The notes under the pieces: model-generated | Databases searched by the model: none | The model's input: the letters and a program-made list of their open reading frames with translations, nothing else | What the model was told of the DNA's origin: nothing | Part shown: piece after piece, positions 25,346 through 37,900 of the stretch | How positions within the stretch are numbered: the first letter of the stretch is position 1 | Layout of the letters: each line of letters opens with the position of its first letter | Made by a program: the position numbers and the translations under genes | DNA from: Cyanophora paradoxa CCMP329 | Taxonomy: Eukaryota > Plantae > Glaucophyta | Direction: 5' to 3' | DNA: 64,000 bases | NCBI GenBank assembly: GCA_004431415.1 | Contig: QPMI01000494.1 | Span: forward strand, 585,766-649,765

Positions 25346-27326
25346 CGGGGGGGAGAAGACGAAGGCCGACCGAGAAGAAGGCGCCGGGGACAACGCCGTC
25401 GACCTCCGCCCTGGCCGAGTGGAACAGGTGGAGGGACTTGAGTCCCGTCCAGCCGTGCATGGGCTGCTCAGCAAAGGCCAGGAAAGTGCCAGAAGGAAGG
25501 CAGAGCTCGAGGTGCTGCGCACCAATGCGGCTGTGGTCAGCTTATAAGCAGGCGACATATAATTAGGAAGATCGACCTCGCTTTTTAACTGAATTCGAAT
25601 TGCAAATTAAAAGACCGCGCTTATAAGTTACCTCGAGCGTTGGCAGCTTCGAAGCGGTCGCAGCGAGCCGTCGTGAGGTTGATTCGTTGTATTCGGGGAG
25701 CCCAATGAAGGCTCTGCGCAGCCCGGGGAGGCGCAGGAGTGGAGTCGTGTCCGCCACGTTCTGTATGATAAGAAGTACGTATTCCAGCTGTCGCATGCCT
25801 TCGAGGAAGCCGATATGTTCGGCGATCACTTCCACACAGCATGCTGCCCCCGTGAGTTTAAGAAAGGCCCGCTAAGCCGTTGCAGCGAGAGCTCGAGTCC
25901 TCACCTTTCAGAGACGCGAGGCTCGAGAGTGGCTCCAAGTCAGCCTCCGATGCGGTCGGGTTAATGGATGTGCCAGTCGCATCAAAACATTCTGCGCGGC
26001 GCGCGCGGCGCCACTCATTACATAAAAAAACCGATGATGACGATGACGATGACTGCAAGCAAATGAAAACCATCACCGAGCTTCAGTTGCTCCAAGCGCT
26101 GGAAGGCAGCGACCGACGAGCAGACGGGAGCGAGTGTGGCCTCTTCAACAAAGACTCCGCATGCTAGCCGCGTCAGTGTAGGGGCCAGCGGCGCGAGAGC
26201 CCGCAGGGTCTCAAGCGTGATGGGCATTCTGTCAGAAAACAAAACAGGGGTGAGTGGCGAAAGCAAAGCAGGGGCGAGATCGCGAGCGGGAGCATGTACA
26301 ACGCACTCCTCCAATGTCAATGCCTGCAGTGGGAGCGATGCCAGCGCTTGGACGGAGCCCTGGACGATAGGCCCAGCGACAATCTGACTATTTTGCTGCA
26401 TCGATCGAGACTCGCCCGACTCCGAAGTAATGGACAGCTGAAAAAACGCAGTAGGTAAGAAAACCCTTACATCACTTAGAGAGCTCGATAGCTTAGAAAG
26501 AGAGCTCGCGATCGCAATCGAGGAGGTTCGCACGCGATCGCACCTCTTGGAGATGAGAAAAGTGCCGAATTCCGGGGAGTATGCCCGGAAGCACAGATTC
26601 TTCAAGGATGAATCCCAGAGCTGTAAGCTGCATGCCAAATGATTTACAGAGCTTCATCACAGAATCGCTGCTGAGCTCGCCGACGCCGCTGCTCATGTAA
26701 AGAGAGCGCAAAGCTTCTCCGTGCTTCGATTTCTGATGGTCGACAAGTGTGCTGATAACGTCATCGCTGGCCGATCCAATTAAAACGCTCTGCCAAAGAC
26801 TGGGCTGCTGGGCGAGGCTGCGGAAGCGGCGGGAGACGTGGCTGAGCTGCGCCAACTCGCTGAGGTTCTGAAACGTGCACGTGACACGAGGGGAGTGGGA
26901 TTTCATCGGAATCGACGCATACTCCTGGAAGAATTCGAAGCACGCCGACGCTTCCGCGATGATGCGGGTGACGAGGTCATCGGGGAGAGCGTCGAACGGG
27001 CTGCCGCCGGCCGCGAGCACTGCTGCCACGCCCGCCGACGTCGACGGGGCAAAAGTTCGTGCGGCTGCGCAGAGGAAAATCAGGCGGCGGCGGCAGCGGC
27101 CGGCGCACGTGTGGCCAAATGCGCAAAGGCGCACCCTGGTCATGGCCAGCTGAAGCCATGCCTGACGAAGACGCGCCTGCGGGCTCATGATCATCAGGGA
27201 GAGAATGACAGGAGCATATGTGAGCAGCTGCTCACCGGCCGTGTCAGGCACCTGCACCGGCGCAGGCGCGGGCGCGGGTTCTCCCGTGGCTACCCTCGCC
27301 CGCTTCGCCGCGCGCTCGCGAGCCAT
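24891..27326 (-). CDS. F-box / leucine-rich-repeat protein
   Basis: F-box FDALPDDLVTRII...LAQLSHVSRRFRSLAQQPSLW followed by LxxLxL repeats over several exons. A possible frameshift lies near the last exon; stop at about 24891. Confidence 0.8.
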
Positions 27327-27872
27327 CTGCGACTCGGCTGCGTAGATCTAGACCTGCGACTCGTATCGATATCATGATCGATATCAATTGCAACCGCGCG
27401 CGTGCGTGCGGGACGGGACGTCGACGAGGCGTGACGTCGCATCGAATCAACCGCGTGCGTGCATCAACCATATGGTCTAGTGCACGTGGCGCGGCACTGG
27501 CGCCGCGCGCCCGGCCCCAAAATTTTGAACGCGCACCTGCGCCGGAGCGATCGCCGCGCTCGCTCGGTATGCAAACGGACTGCCAACAACGTGCACGTCG
27601 TCTCTCCGCCGCAGCCTTCGCGCCGCGGCCGCTGGATTGCGTCCCGGCGAGCTCGCGAGCCGCCTGCTCCCGCGCTCGCTTGCCGAAGGTCGGAACCGCT
27701 TCCAAATCTCCTTAAACGTCGCCGGAACGCTAGCCGCCGATGCGGATGGGCCGCAGGAAGAGCAGCAGCCTGCCAGTCCAACCTTTGGGGGTACCGCGCA
27801 CTCTCGCGCCTGCTCCTCGATGAAGCCCCCCGACGCGTGAGACGGCTTCCTACGCGCTTGGCGGAATCGGGG

Positions 27873-30584
27873 ATGCTTGCGGAGCCGCTGCAGGCCCGGG
27901 CGGTCTCGTTCCTGTCCTCGATCCGGCTCGGCACGACCCCGCCCTCGTCGCCCGACGAGTCCAAGCAGCTCGCCAATGTCATCGCGCCCACCGGCATCGC
28001 AACAAGCGGGTAAACGATGCCGCAGCGGTCCGCCCGGGCTGCGCTCGGCGCTCACTGCCCGCGCAGCTCCGGGGCACACGGCGCCGCCCCGTCGCGTACG
28101 GCGTCGCTCGCGGAGGCGGAGGGGATCGACTTTCTGACGCGGCGGCGCCTGGAGGTCGCGCGGGCCTTCCTCTCCTCCATCCAGCTCACGCACAGCGCGC
28201 CCGCCGAGGGCCAGCCCGGCGGGGCCGCGGTGCGCCCGCCGGCGCCCTCCGAACGCTTCTCCGCTGCGGCCGACCGCTGTCCGCTCAGGGCGAGGACCTG
28301 CGCTCCACGCCCGTCCCCGGCCCCGAAGGCGAGCCGCCGCCCTCCCGAGCGCCCGACGCCGCCTCGCCGCTGTGCGCTGACGGCGCCGGCAGATGCGGAG
28401 GGCGGCGAGGCGGGGCCGGGGCAGCCGCTCAGCCCCGAGATGGAGGTGCCGGCGCCTGCGCGCGGCGCCCCGCCCCGCCCTCGGCCGACCCGCCGCCCGC
28501 GCAGCCGCTCTTCCAGTCGACCGCCGAGAAGATCGGCCCCTGGATCAGGCGAGCGCGCCGCGGCGCCGCGCCTCTGCGCCCTCCCGCCGGCCCGCCTGAC
28601 GCGCCGCGCGGCCGCAGGAAGCGCGAGCCTCTCATGTGGGCGCTCCTCCGCCAGGGCTGCCGCATCTTCGTGTCCCCCTCCAAGGCGCGCCCGTACCCCC
28701 CTCCGCGGTCGGGCGACCTTCTCACGCCGCGCGGCGCGCAGGGGTCCCTCCCGGTGCTGGGGTACAGCGTCCTGCGGTACGACCCCGAGGAGGAGGAGAA
28801 GCGGCTGCGGCGGCAGGCGAGCCCGTACCCCCCCGCGCTTGGTCAGCTCTGCGCTGTACCCCGCTGACGCCCGTCCCGCAGAGCGCGACGCTGTACGTGT
28901 CCCAGAACACGCAGCTCATCGGAAAGCGCGCCGCCGTACCCGTCCTCCCGCCCGGTCGCCCCGCGGTACCCCTGAGGCCGGGGGCGGGGCCAGGGAGGGG
29001 GACATGGAGTCGTCGCTGTCGGGCGCGAGCCTCGCGAAGCGCAAGTCGAACAAGGCGAGCGCCCCCCCTCCCCCCCCGCCGCCGCCGCCGGGATTCGAAC
29101 CGGGGCCGCGCAGGGCGTCTCGTTCGGGTTCCTTCTAAAGTCGAGCTGGACCCCGTGCGCCCCCCCGCCGCCCCTCCGCCCCCCCGCCCCGCCGCAGCCG
29201 CCGAGTCGGGCGGGGCGCAGGAGGCGGCGGCTGCGGCGGGGGCCGGAGGCGGAGGCGGAGGGGGAGGACGAGGCGGAGGAGGACGGGGCCGGCGAGGGCG
29301 AGGGCGAGGGCGAGGGCGAGGGCTACGGCGACGCCGACGCGGACGCGGACGGTACCCCCGCCCCGCCCGCTCCCCGCCACATCTCCTCCCCCGAGCCCTT
29401 CCCTGTACCCCGCAGAGAAGGGGGAGGTGGAGGAGGCGGGGGAGGAGGGGGCGGGGGCGGCGGGGGAGGAGTACGACGCCCTCTTCCTCGACGACCCCGA
29501 GATCCGCTCCGGCGCGGCCCGCTTTCCGCCTCGAATTCGATCCCGAATTTGATCCGAGGCGCCCCCGCCCCGCCCGCAGGCAAGCACCGGACGGTGATGA
29601 ACCTCCCCGGGTTCATGGTGCGCGAGCGAGTACCCCCCGCCAGCTTGCAGTCCTGGACCTCGTACCCCGGGCTCATACCGTACCCCTCCCTGCAGGAGAG
29701 CATCATACCCTACGTGCGACCGAAGGACCTTCGTGGCGAGCTCAACCGCCAGGTCCGGGATCGCCGTACCCCCTCTGAGGGCCCTGTACCCCTTCTGACT
29801 TCTTCCCCCAGTTCGCCTCGAAGCACTCGTGGCTGCCCCCCGCCATGACCCTGTCGAAGGCGTGCCGTACCCCTCCCCGACCCCGTACCCCCTGCCCTCG
29901 AGCCCCCGTACCCCCCGCAGATCCGCAACCTGAAGCTCGACCTCGTCCGAATTCTCATCGACTGCGTGCGCCCGTACCCCGCGCCCCGGCCCCGTCGCCT
30001 CGTACCTCCCCACGAAACCCGTACCCCCCGCCCGCAGGACATGGACGTCACGACGCTCGCGCTCGCCATCGTCTACTTCGAGAAGCTCGTCCTGAAGGTG
30101 ACGGGGGGTACAGGTACACTCCGCGTCCCGCCTGATCCCCCGCCCTGTACCCCCCAGAACCTCGTCTCGAAGCCGAACCGGCGGCTGCTGGCGGACATCT
30201 GCTTCCTCCTCGCGATGAAGTTCAGCGAGCCCAAGTACCCCGCCTGCGCCCCCGCCTTCTTCGAGGTCCCCGTACCCCCCCTCCCGCCCCCGCCCCCGCA
30301 GCCCCTCACGCCGCGTACCCCCCTCCTCCCCTCCGCGCAGGCGGTGAGCGACGTGCACGGGATCCCGAAGAAGGACCTCCTCCGCTCCGAGTGGGCCGTC
30401 TTCGTCGACCTCAACTTCAGGCGGGCCCCTCCCCCTCGTCCACCGTACTCCGGGCGCCGCTGAGCGGGGCGCGCGCAGCCTGCACGCGCCGGTGCGGCAC
30501 GTGATGCCGCACTTCCACCGCCTCTCCGCCCTCGCCGCCATCGACACCCGCCCCTACCACGACCCCGCCCCGCCTACCCCTTGA
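27873..30584 (+). CDS. CABLES: CABLES (CDK5 and ABL1 enzyme substrate)-like cyclin-fold protein, 20 exons
   Basis: Spliced C-terminus reads YDALFLDDPEIRSGKHRTVMNLPGFMESIIPYVRPKDLRGELNRQF...MTLSKIRNLK...LALAIVYFEKLVLKNLVSKPNRRLLADICFLLAMKF...EWAVFVDLNFSLH...PHFHRL. N-terminal A..FLSSI.L motifs are also present. Confidence 0.9.
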
Positions 30585-30909
30585 CCGGGGCCCGCGCCTG
30601 CGCCGCTCTCTCCGGTCCCGCGCCCCGCGCCTCCACACCTTCCCCTCCTTCCCTCCCCTGCCACACCCGCTCCTCCCCCTCGGCCCCCGAGAACCCAGCG
30701 GCCCTGCAGCTTCCGGCCCTGCCCCTGCCCCCCTCTTGTGCCCCACTCCGCCCTTGCGAACGGGGCGCCGCCGCTATTGCTAGCGCTAGCGCTCGCCTCC
30801 CCACTCCGGTGACCCTGCCTGCGATCCACTGATAGAGACGCATATATATATGCAGTTTGAAAATTTTGGTTCCGGATCCAACTGAACAAGCCGATCATCT
30901 AGTCTAGAT

Positions 30910-32334
30910 CTAGATGTACAAACGAAGGTGCCCCGTGATCATGACGACAGTCCTGCACGACGGGCACGGCCGCCGCACGAACTCGGCGCTGCAGCCTTCG
31001 CAGAGGCAGTGGCCGCACCTGCGCATGCCTGCCGCGTGCGGTGTAAGCGAGAAAGAGTGCCCAGAGTTTCGAGATTGATGGAGCATGAACTCACGGCTGC
31101 AGGGCGTGGTGGTGCGGAGGCTGCTCTAAACAGACCGGACACTCGAGGGCACGTCCACGGCGGCTACAGCTAGCGCTGCCGCCGCCGCAGCAGCAGCGGC
31201 GATCGCCTCCTGCTGCCTCACAGCGACGCGGGCGATGGCGCCCGAGAGTTGTTGCAGGAGGGCCCCCAGCTCCGCCGAGCCCAGGCCCGCCAGGCTCGCC
31301 TCGTCGCAGCGAAGCGCGCCGCCCGCCCGCTCCTCCGCCGCCCGCAGCCGCCCGTGCTGTGCCCCGCCCCGGCCCGCGCCCCCCGTCAGCCGCCGCGGGA
31401 TCGTGGTCGGAGCGAGGGCGCCGGGGCGGGACCGCGGCGGCGAGCTCCTCGGCCTGCCTCCGCGCCAGCTCCTCGTACTCGCGGCGGAGCTGCTCCAGCT
31501 GCGACCGTCGGACGCCGGCGCCCGCCGCCCCGTCACGATCTAGAACAGGCAAGAAGGCATGAAACAGAAACCTGCTCCTCATGCCTCCGCTGCATCTCAA
31601 CAAGCTCGGACTCCCGCTGCTGCCTACGGTGCTTCTCCTCCTCCCGCATTTCTTCCGCAAGCGAAAGCTGAACCGCCTGCTCGACAGCAATCATTGGCAT
31701 TGCACGTGCAGTGGAAGCTGCAGTGCTCTAGATCTCAAGCCGGTCTCGAACCTGCTGCAGTCGCGCACGCCACAGCTTTCTGATCACCTCCTCTTCCTGC
31801 CGCCGACGGTGCCCATCTTCTTGCAGCTGTTTCTCGGCTTGCGCCAACTGCTGACGACATTCCTCCGCACGACGCAGATCTTCCGCTCGCCGAGATGCCT
31901 GCCCGACCGCATGAATTGTACACGGGACGAACGCAAATGCTTGGGAGATCTAGAGGTGCCGGCACCTGCTCATCACGCTCCTGGCGGAGCTGCGCGATCT
32001 CCTGTCGCAGGTGCTCTAGATCTTCTTCTCGCTGCCGCTCTTCTACCCGCGCCGGCGCCACCAGTGGCGGGTCCTCCTCCTCGGTGCGCCGCAGCTCGTC
32101 CCCGCGCCGCCTCTCTTTCTCCTCGGCGAGGCGCTGGCGCAGGGTGTCGAGAAGGCTAGCGCTGCTGGTATACGTACTGCTGGCGGAATCGATATCTGCA
32201 GCTGGCTTAAATGATGGTCCCGGTCCCGGCGCCGGGACGTCCTGCTCCTGCTGCTGCGTCTGCTGCTCTGTGTCGCTATTGATGGCTGGGGCGGCGGAGA
32301 CGTCTGCGGGCGGCGGCCCGGGCGCCAGAGGCAT
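30910..32334 (-). CDS. Coiled-coil protein with a C-terminal RING-HC zinc finger; apparent frameshift near 31170
   Basis: E/R/Q-rich coiled coil followed by ECPVCLEQPPHHHALQP|CGHCLCEGCSAEFVRRPCPSCR...LRLYI*. Confidence 0.75.
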
Positions 32335-32769
32335 CGGATCCACCAGCGCCGGGCCGGGGATCCGGATCCGCGGCCGAGGCTCCGAGGCTCGTGCTGCAGC
32401 TGCGGGGCGCGAGTAAGCAACGTTTCGCACGTACGCCACTCCAATGATTCGACGATCGCTGCACCTGAAGCGCGTATCCACCTGACGTCGCCGCGTCCGG
32501 TAACTGCTGCGCTCCCCCTTCTTGCCGCGAGCGATCCTCGCAATCTAGAGATGCTTGCGGTGCGGCCCAGCTACTGTGCCGATCGCCGGAGACGCTGGGA
32601 CAGCGTGGCCCTGCGTGGGAGGTTCTGCGGACCCGAGTACGCAAATGTGCGTACCCCGGTGACAGCGGCCTTTCTTTCCGCGCAACGGCGAGCACCGGGC
32701 GGGGTAGAGAGCGAGTCCAGCCCCTCATTGCAGCTAATCCTTCCGTCGCCTGCGGCCCCGCAAGGCGGG

Positions 32770-34939
32770 ATGACCGGATCCATAAGCGGACCGGGCATCA
32801 GCCCCAGGCTCGAGCGCTTCCTCGATGAGCTGGCAAGGAGAGCGCCTCCGGACGCGCTCCTACAGCCCACGCGGCCGAAGACGTCGCACTCCCCTCGCAC
32901 GGCCAAGTCCAGGCTCAGCCAAGGTCCGCCCGGAACGCCTCTGTGATGCAGAAGACTCGCAGCTAAGGAATCTGCGGTCCTAAATGCGCCCCGCCCGCCT
33001 GCTGACCGCCGCCCGCCCCGCCCGCAGCGCCCCGCCCGGCAACGTCTGAGGCGGCCTCGGCGCCGCCGGCGCCCGAGACGGCCGGCCTCACTCCGCTAGA
33101 GGCGATCGCTCAGCAGGTCGCTCCGCCCGCCCGCGCCGCCCACTCGCCCTCCCCGGCGCCCGACGGGGCCGCCCGCAGGATGTGGAGCGCCGGGCGATGA
33201 TCGACAAGGCGCGCGGGCCGCCCGCGCAGCGCCCGCGGCGCCGCTGAGGCCGCCCGCAGATTATGGCGCAGTACGGCGGGGTCCCCTCGCCCCGCGAGCC
33301 GCCCCGCGGGTCCGTCCTGCCCCTCATCGGCGGCGCCGGCGCGGGGACGCCCGGACTTGGTGAGGCCGAGCCGAGCGCGCGCCGGGCGAACCCGTTGGAG
33401 CGCGTCCGGGTCTCTGTCGGCGGCACCTCCGAGCACGGCTCGTCCGAGCACCAGGGGCCCGCCCCGGCGCCGGCGCCCGAGAGCCCGCGGGGCGGCGGGG
33501 GCGGAGTCGCGATCTCGGTCCGGAGCATGGCGCCCGTACCCCCGCCGAAGGACGGGCCCCGCCCCGGCTCAGCCGCATCCCGAGCCTCCCGCGCCCCGAG
33601 CCGCAGCGGGTGCTTGCTTTCGATCCCGCCCCGCCCCGATCCATTCTTGGAGCCGCCTCACCGGCCGGCCGCACCGCAGGCGCCCGCGCAAGTCTCGGAG
33701 CAAGGAGAAGAAAGACGCGGCGGCGCCCATGGGCGAGCTCGCCCTCTCAATGGCCCAGGCGCGTGTACCCCCACCCCGCTCCTCCTTTCTATCAATCGCG
33801 TACCCCCCCTTCGGCCTGACGCGTACCCTCTCCGCCCCGCAGCTCGCGCAGCTCGTGCAGCGCGCGCGCGCGGAGCTTCTCGCGCACGACAACGCCCTCG
33901 ACGCGCTCAAGGTGCCGCCGTACCCCCCCAGGGCTCACCTGACCCGGCTCATTCCCCACCCCACTCCTCCCAGGAGTCGGTCGGGGGCGTGGTCTCGGCC
34001 GCGGGTATGCCGTCGCTCTACGGGCGTCCCTCGGGGCTGGACTCGCCGGGGGGGTACGGGTACGGGGCGGAGCGGCGCTCGCCCCCGCCGGGCTCGCCCT
34101 GGGGCCGGAGCAGCCCGGGGGGGGAGCGCGAGGACGACCCCACGCTCCGCGCTCACCTCCCCGAGGCAGGCCCCGGACCCAATCCACTCTTGATCTATCT
34201 GATCTGATCTGATGTTCGTCTCTCTTAGGTGCGGAGCGACGAGAAGCTGACGCAGGAGCACGTTCGGGCGCTCCCCGTCGCCCTCCGCCGCGTCCGGCTC
34301 CTCGTGGCTCGCGTCTCGCCCCCCGAGCTCTGCCGCGCCCTCGCCTCCGCCCTCCAGTGGGTCGACAAGGTGCCGCACCGTACCCCCGTTCTAAAACCGT
34401 ACCCCGCTTTGAGATGACCGCTTACTCGTACCCCCCTCTCCCAGTTCCACGAGCGGGCGATGCAGGAGATGTGCTCCCTCTTCGACGCCGGCCTCCGGTA
34501 CCCCCGCCTCTTCCCCCGCCCTCACGATGCTTGCGTTCGACGTATGTACCCCCTCAGAACGCTGGCGATCCGGGGGGCGGGCCTGCGGGACGGGGAGGGG
34601 GACCCCGTCGCGGCCGGCGGGCTCCGCCTGCAGGTCCGCCCCCCCCCCCCCCCCTCGCCCCCCTTCCCCCCCTTCCCCCCCCCCCGACCGCTCCCGGCCT
34701 GACCCGCCGCTCCCTTCGCTCGCAGGGTGCCGCCCTCGCCGGGCAGAACCGCGACCTCTCCCGCGTCTGCACCCCCCTCCTCCCCCGCCCCCCCTTCCAA
34801 CCTCCTCCCCGATGCATCTTAGTCCATCCTACGCCCTCTTATCTCTCGTCCTCCCTCGTCCTCCTTGCTGGAGCAGCGGCGGATCTCATCCTCAGGGCCT
34901 TAGGCTCTTATCCTCCATCCCCCCCGTTGGATCTCAGAC

Positions 34940-34970
<31 letters not shown>

Positions 34971-37900
34971 CGCCCTCTTACCTCTCGTCCCCTCTCGTAC
35001 CCAGGCGGTGCTAGAGCTGCGGCGGGAGGTCGACTCGCTGCACGCGCTCCTCAAGGCCCGCGAGGAGCTCAACCGCCGAAGCGCGTCCCGTGCCCCACGT
35101 TAGATCACCTTAAGCTTTAGTTTATCTTAGATCACCTTAATCCCCGCCTCGGCTTACTTTAGTTTATCCTAGATCACCTTAAGCTTGGCTTTTATTGGAG
35201 CTTAGAAGCCCCTTAAGAAGCTCCCCGCAAGGGCCCCGCCCCGCCCCTAAACTCAGGCCCGCGAGGAGCTCAACCGCCGAAGCGCGTGGCGCCCCGCCGC
35301 CGCCCCGCCCCGCTCCTTAGCTGAGCCTAACTAAGCTCCTTAGCTGAGCTAATATTTAAAGCTTAGTGTAGGTTAATCTTCGCATAAGCAGACTTGTACT
35401 TAAGCCCTCCCCTTTGCTAGGCTCTTAAGCGCGCCCCGCCCCGTCCCCTCCGCTCCTCGGCTTGGTTCACATCTTTTCGCCTTTGCTTTTCGGCTTGGTT
35501 AAGATCGCTTAGCCTTAGAAGCTTGGCCCCGCCCCGCCCCGCCCCGCCCCGCCCCGCTCAGCTCAAGGCCGCCCCGCCACGCGCCCTCCGCCCCTCCCTT
35601 TGCTTAGCGTCCCGCCGACAGCGCGGCCCTGCCCCTATGAGCCGTAGAGTCCGTTTGAGCTCTAGAAATTGAAGCCTAGAAACGCATTGCTTTCGCTTCG
35701 AAGCCTAGAGTCCGTAGAGTCCGTTTGAGCTCTAGAAACGCTCTGCTTTCGCTTTGGCTGATCATGACGGGGGGGGCGCAGCGATGGAGGGGCTGCTGCG
35801 GCCGGCGCGGGACGGGTACGGCTCGGAGGGGGGGGACGATATGGACCCCGACGCGACCCTCGAGCGCGCCGCCGCCGCCGCCGCGAAGAAGGCCCGCGCC
35901 CGTACCCGTACCCCCCGCGCCCATTTTTGTACCCCCTGAACTCCGTCCCCCCCAAGCAGGCCGAGCGGGAGCCGTCGGCCTTCGAGAAGGCGATGGACGA
36001 GGCCCACAAGGCGCGCGGCATTCTGCTCTGATCTGCTCTGATCTGATCTGATTCCGATTCTAATCTGATCTGATCCGATCTGATCTCAGGGGCGGGAGGA
36101 GCTGGAGGCGGCGGCCTTTCGTGACGCGAAGGAGGGCGTCGAGGCCGTCCTCGCGAAGGTCACTGAAGCTTCTTTCACCTTCTTCTTACTTCTTCTCGAT
36201 TCCTTCCCTTGTTCATGGCGTTCTGATCCTCGCCCGCAGATGACGGACCTGTTCGAAGAGCTGCAGCGCGACCGCATGACGCAGGTCGAGACCATCGGCG
36301 GCTTCGAGAAGTGCGAACGAAGCTAGCTGCCTGCGCTGTACCCCGCCGCCCTCGAACCGACCGTACCCCGCCCGCAGCTATTTTAAGGAACTCTCGGGCT
36401 CGGTCGGCGTCCAGGCCGCCATCGAGACACGCGAGAAGGCAAATCTGATCCGGGAGGGCGGGATCAAATTTCGGATCAAATCTCTGACCCGCCCCGCTTC
36501 GTTCGCAGCTGATGGAGCAGCGGGCGCGGGAGCGCGAGCGGTCCGAGTACGACCTCCTCCTCAAGCGCCTCTCCGCCGCCGAGATGGCCCGGTACCCCCC
36601 CCCCAAGCTCTTCCCCCCCCCCTGTTCCCCCCCCCCCCGGCCTGACGGGGGGGGGGGTACAGGGACACGCTGCAGGCGCAGCTGGAGTCGATGGCGGCCT
36701 CCCACCAGAAGGCCCTCGCCGCCGCGCAGGTGCCCCTCCTGTTTATCCTGTACCCCTTCCCTCTCTCACGGATCGCAGGCGCACGCGCAGGCGCAGGGCC
36801 CGCGCGCTTCGGTTAGCGGCGGCGGGGCTGCAGCATCTGCGGCGGCGGCGGCGGCTGCAGCAGCGGCGGCGGCGGCGGCGGCGGCGCTGGGGGCGGCGGT
36901 CACGGCCGGCGGGGCGGCGGCGGGGGCGGCGGCGGCGGCGGCGGCGGAGGCCGATGGAGACGGATCCGAGGACGAGGAGCAGGAGCAGGAGGGCGCCCCG
37001 GGCACCGCCGGCGGACGTCGTGGATGACTGGGGCGGGGGCCGGGCCGGGGCCGGGGCCGGGGCGGGGGCCGGACGCCCCCCTCTTCGACCTCGACGGCGT
37101 CGCCCTCCGAGGGCTCGACGGCCGCTGGGGCGACGGCGACGGCGACGGCGAGGGCGAGGGCGGGGCGGGCCCGGGGCCGAAGCCGGGCCGGGGCGGGGGC
37201 CGGGCCGGGGCCGGCGGGCTTCCGCCCCGATCTCCGCAGCGGCGGCGCGGGTGCCGCCGTCGCCGGCCGCGGCGCTCCGACTGCGGCAGCGCAGCGCGTC
37301 GAAAGTGTCGACGACTTCCTCGGCCCGGAGCCATGGGGCCAGGGCCCCGGAGGGTACCCCTCCGCCCGGGTACGCCGACGTCGAAGAAGCCGCAGCGGCC
37401 CGGAGCCCCCGGAGCCTCCTCCCGGCGCGGCCCGGCGGAGCGGCGGCCGCCGCTGCCGCTGCTGCAGCCGCCGCCGCCGCCGCCGCCGCGGCGCGGGAGC
37501 GGGGGGTACCGGAGGGGATGGATTCCCTCTTCTCCGAGCTCTCCGCCGCCTACGAGGCGCGTACCCCCCTGCCCCATCCCGGGGTCGGTAGTACCCCCTC
37601 TGACTCTTTCGCCGCAGCCGAAGGAGCGGCCGCTGCGGTACGTGCTCCGCGCCATCGAGGAAATCTTCGCCGGAAAGGTCCTCTACCCCCCTTCACCTTG
37701 GCCCCCTCCAAAACTAGCCCCAACCCGTACCCCCGCAGGCCGCGGCCGACGCGGCCGCCGACGTCCGCTCCCTCCCCCGTGTACCCCTCCCCGTCCTCAC
37801 CTACCAGGTGCTCGCCCCGTACCCCTGAGCCACAGTCCTGAATTCTTCTTATGCTGTACCCTTTCCCGCCAGCTCCATCAAACGAAATTCGGGGTACGTG

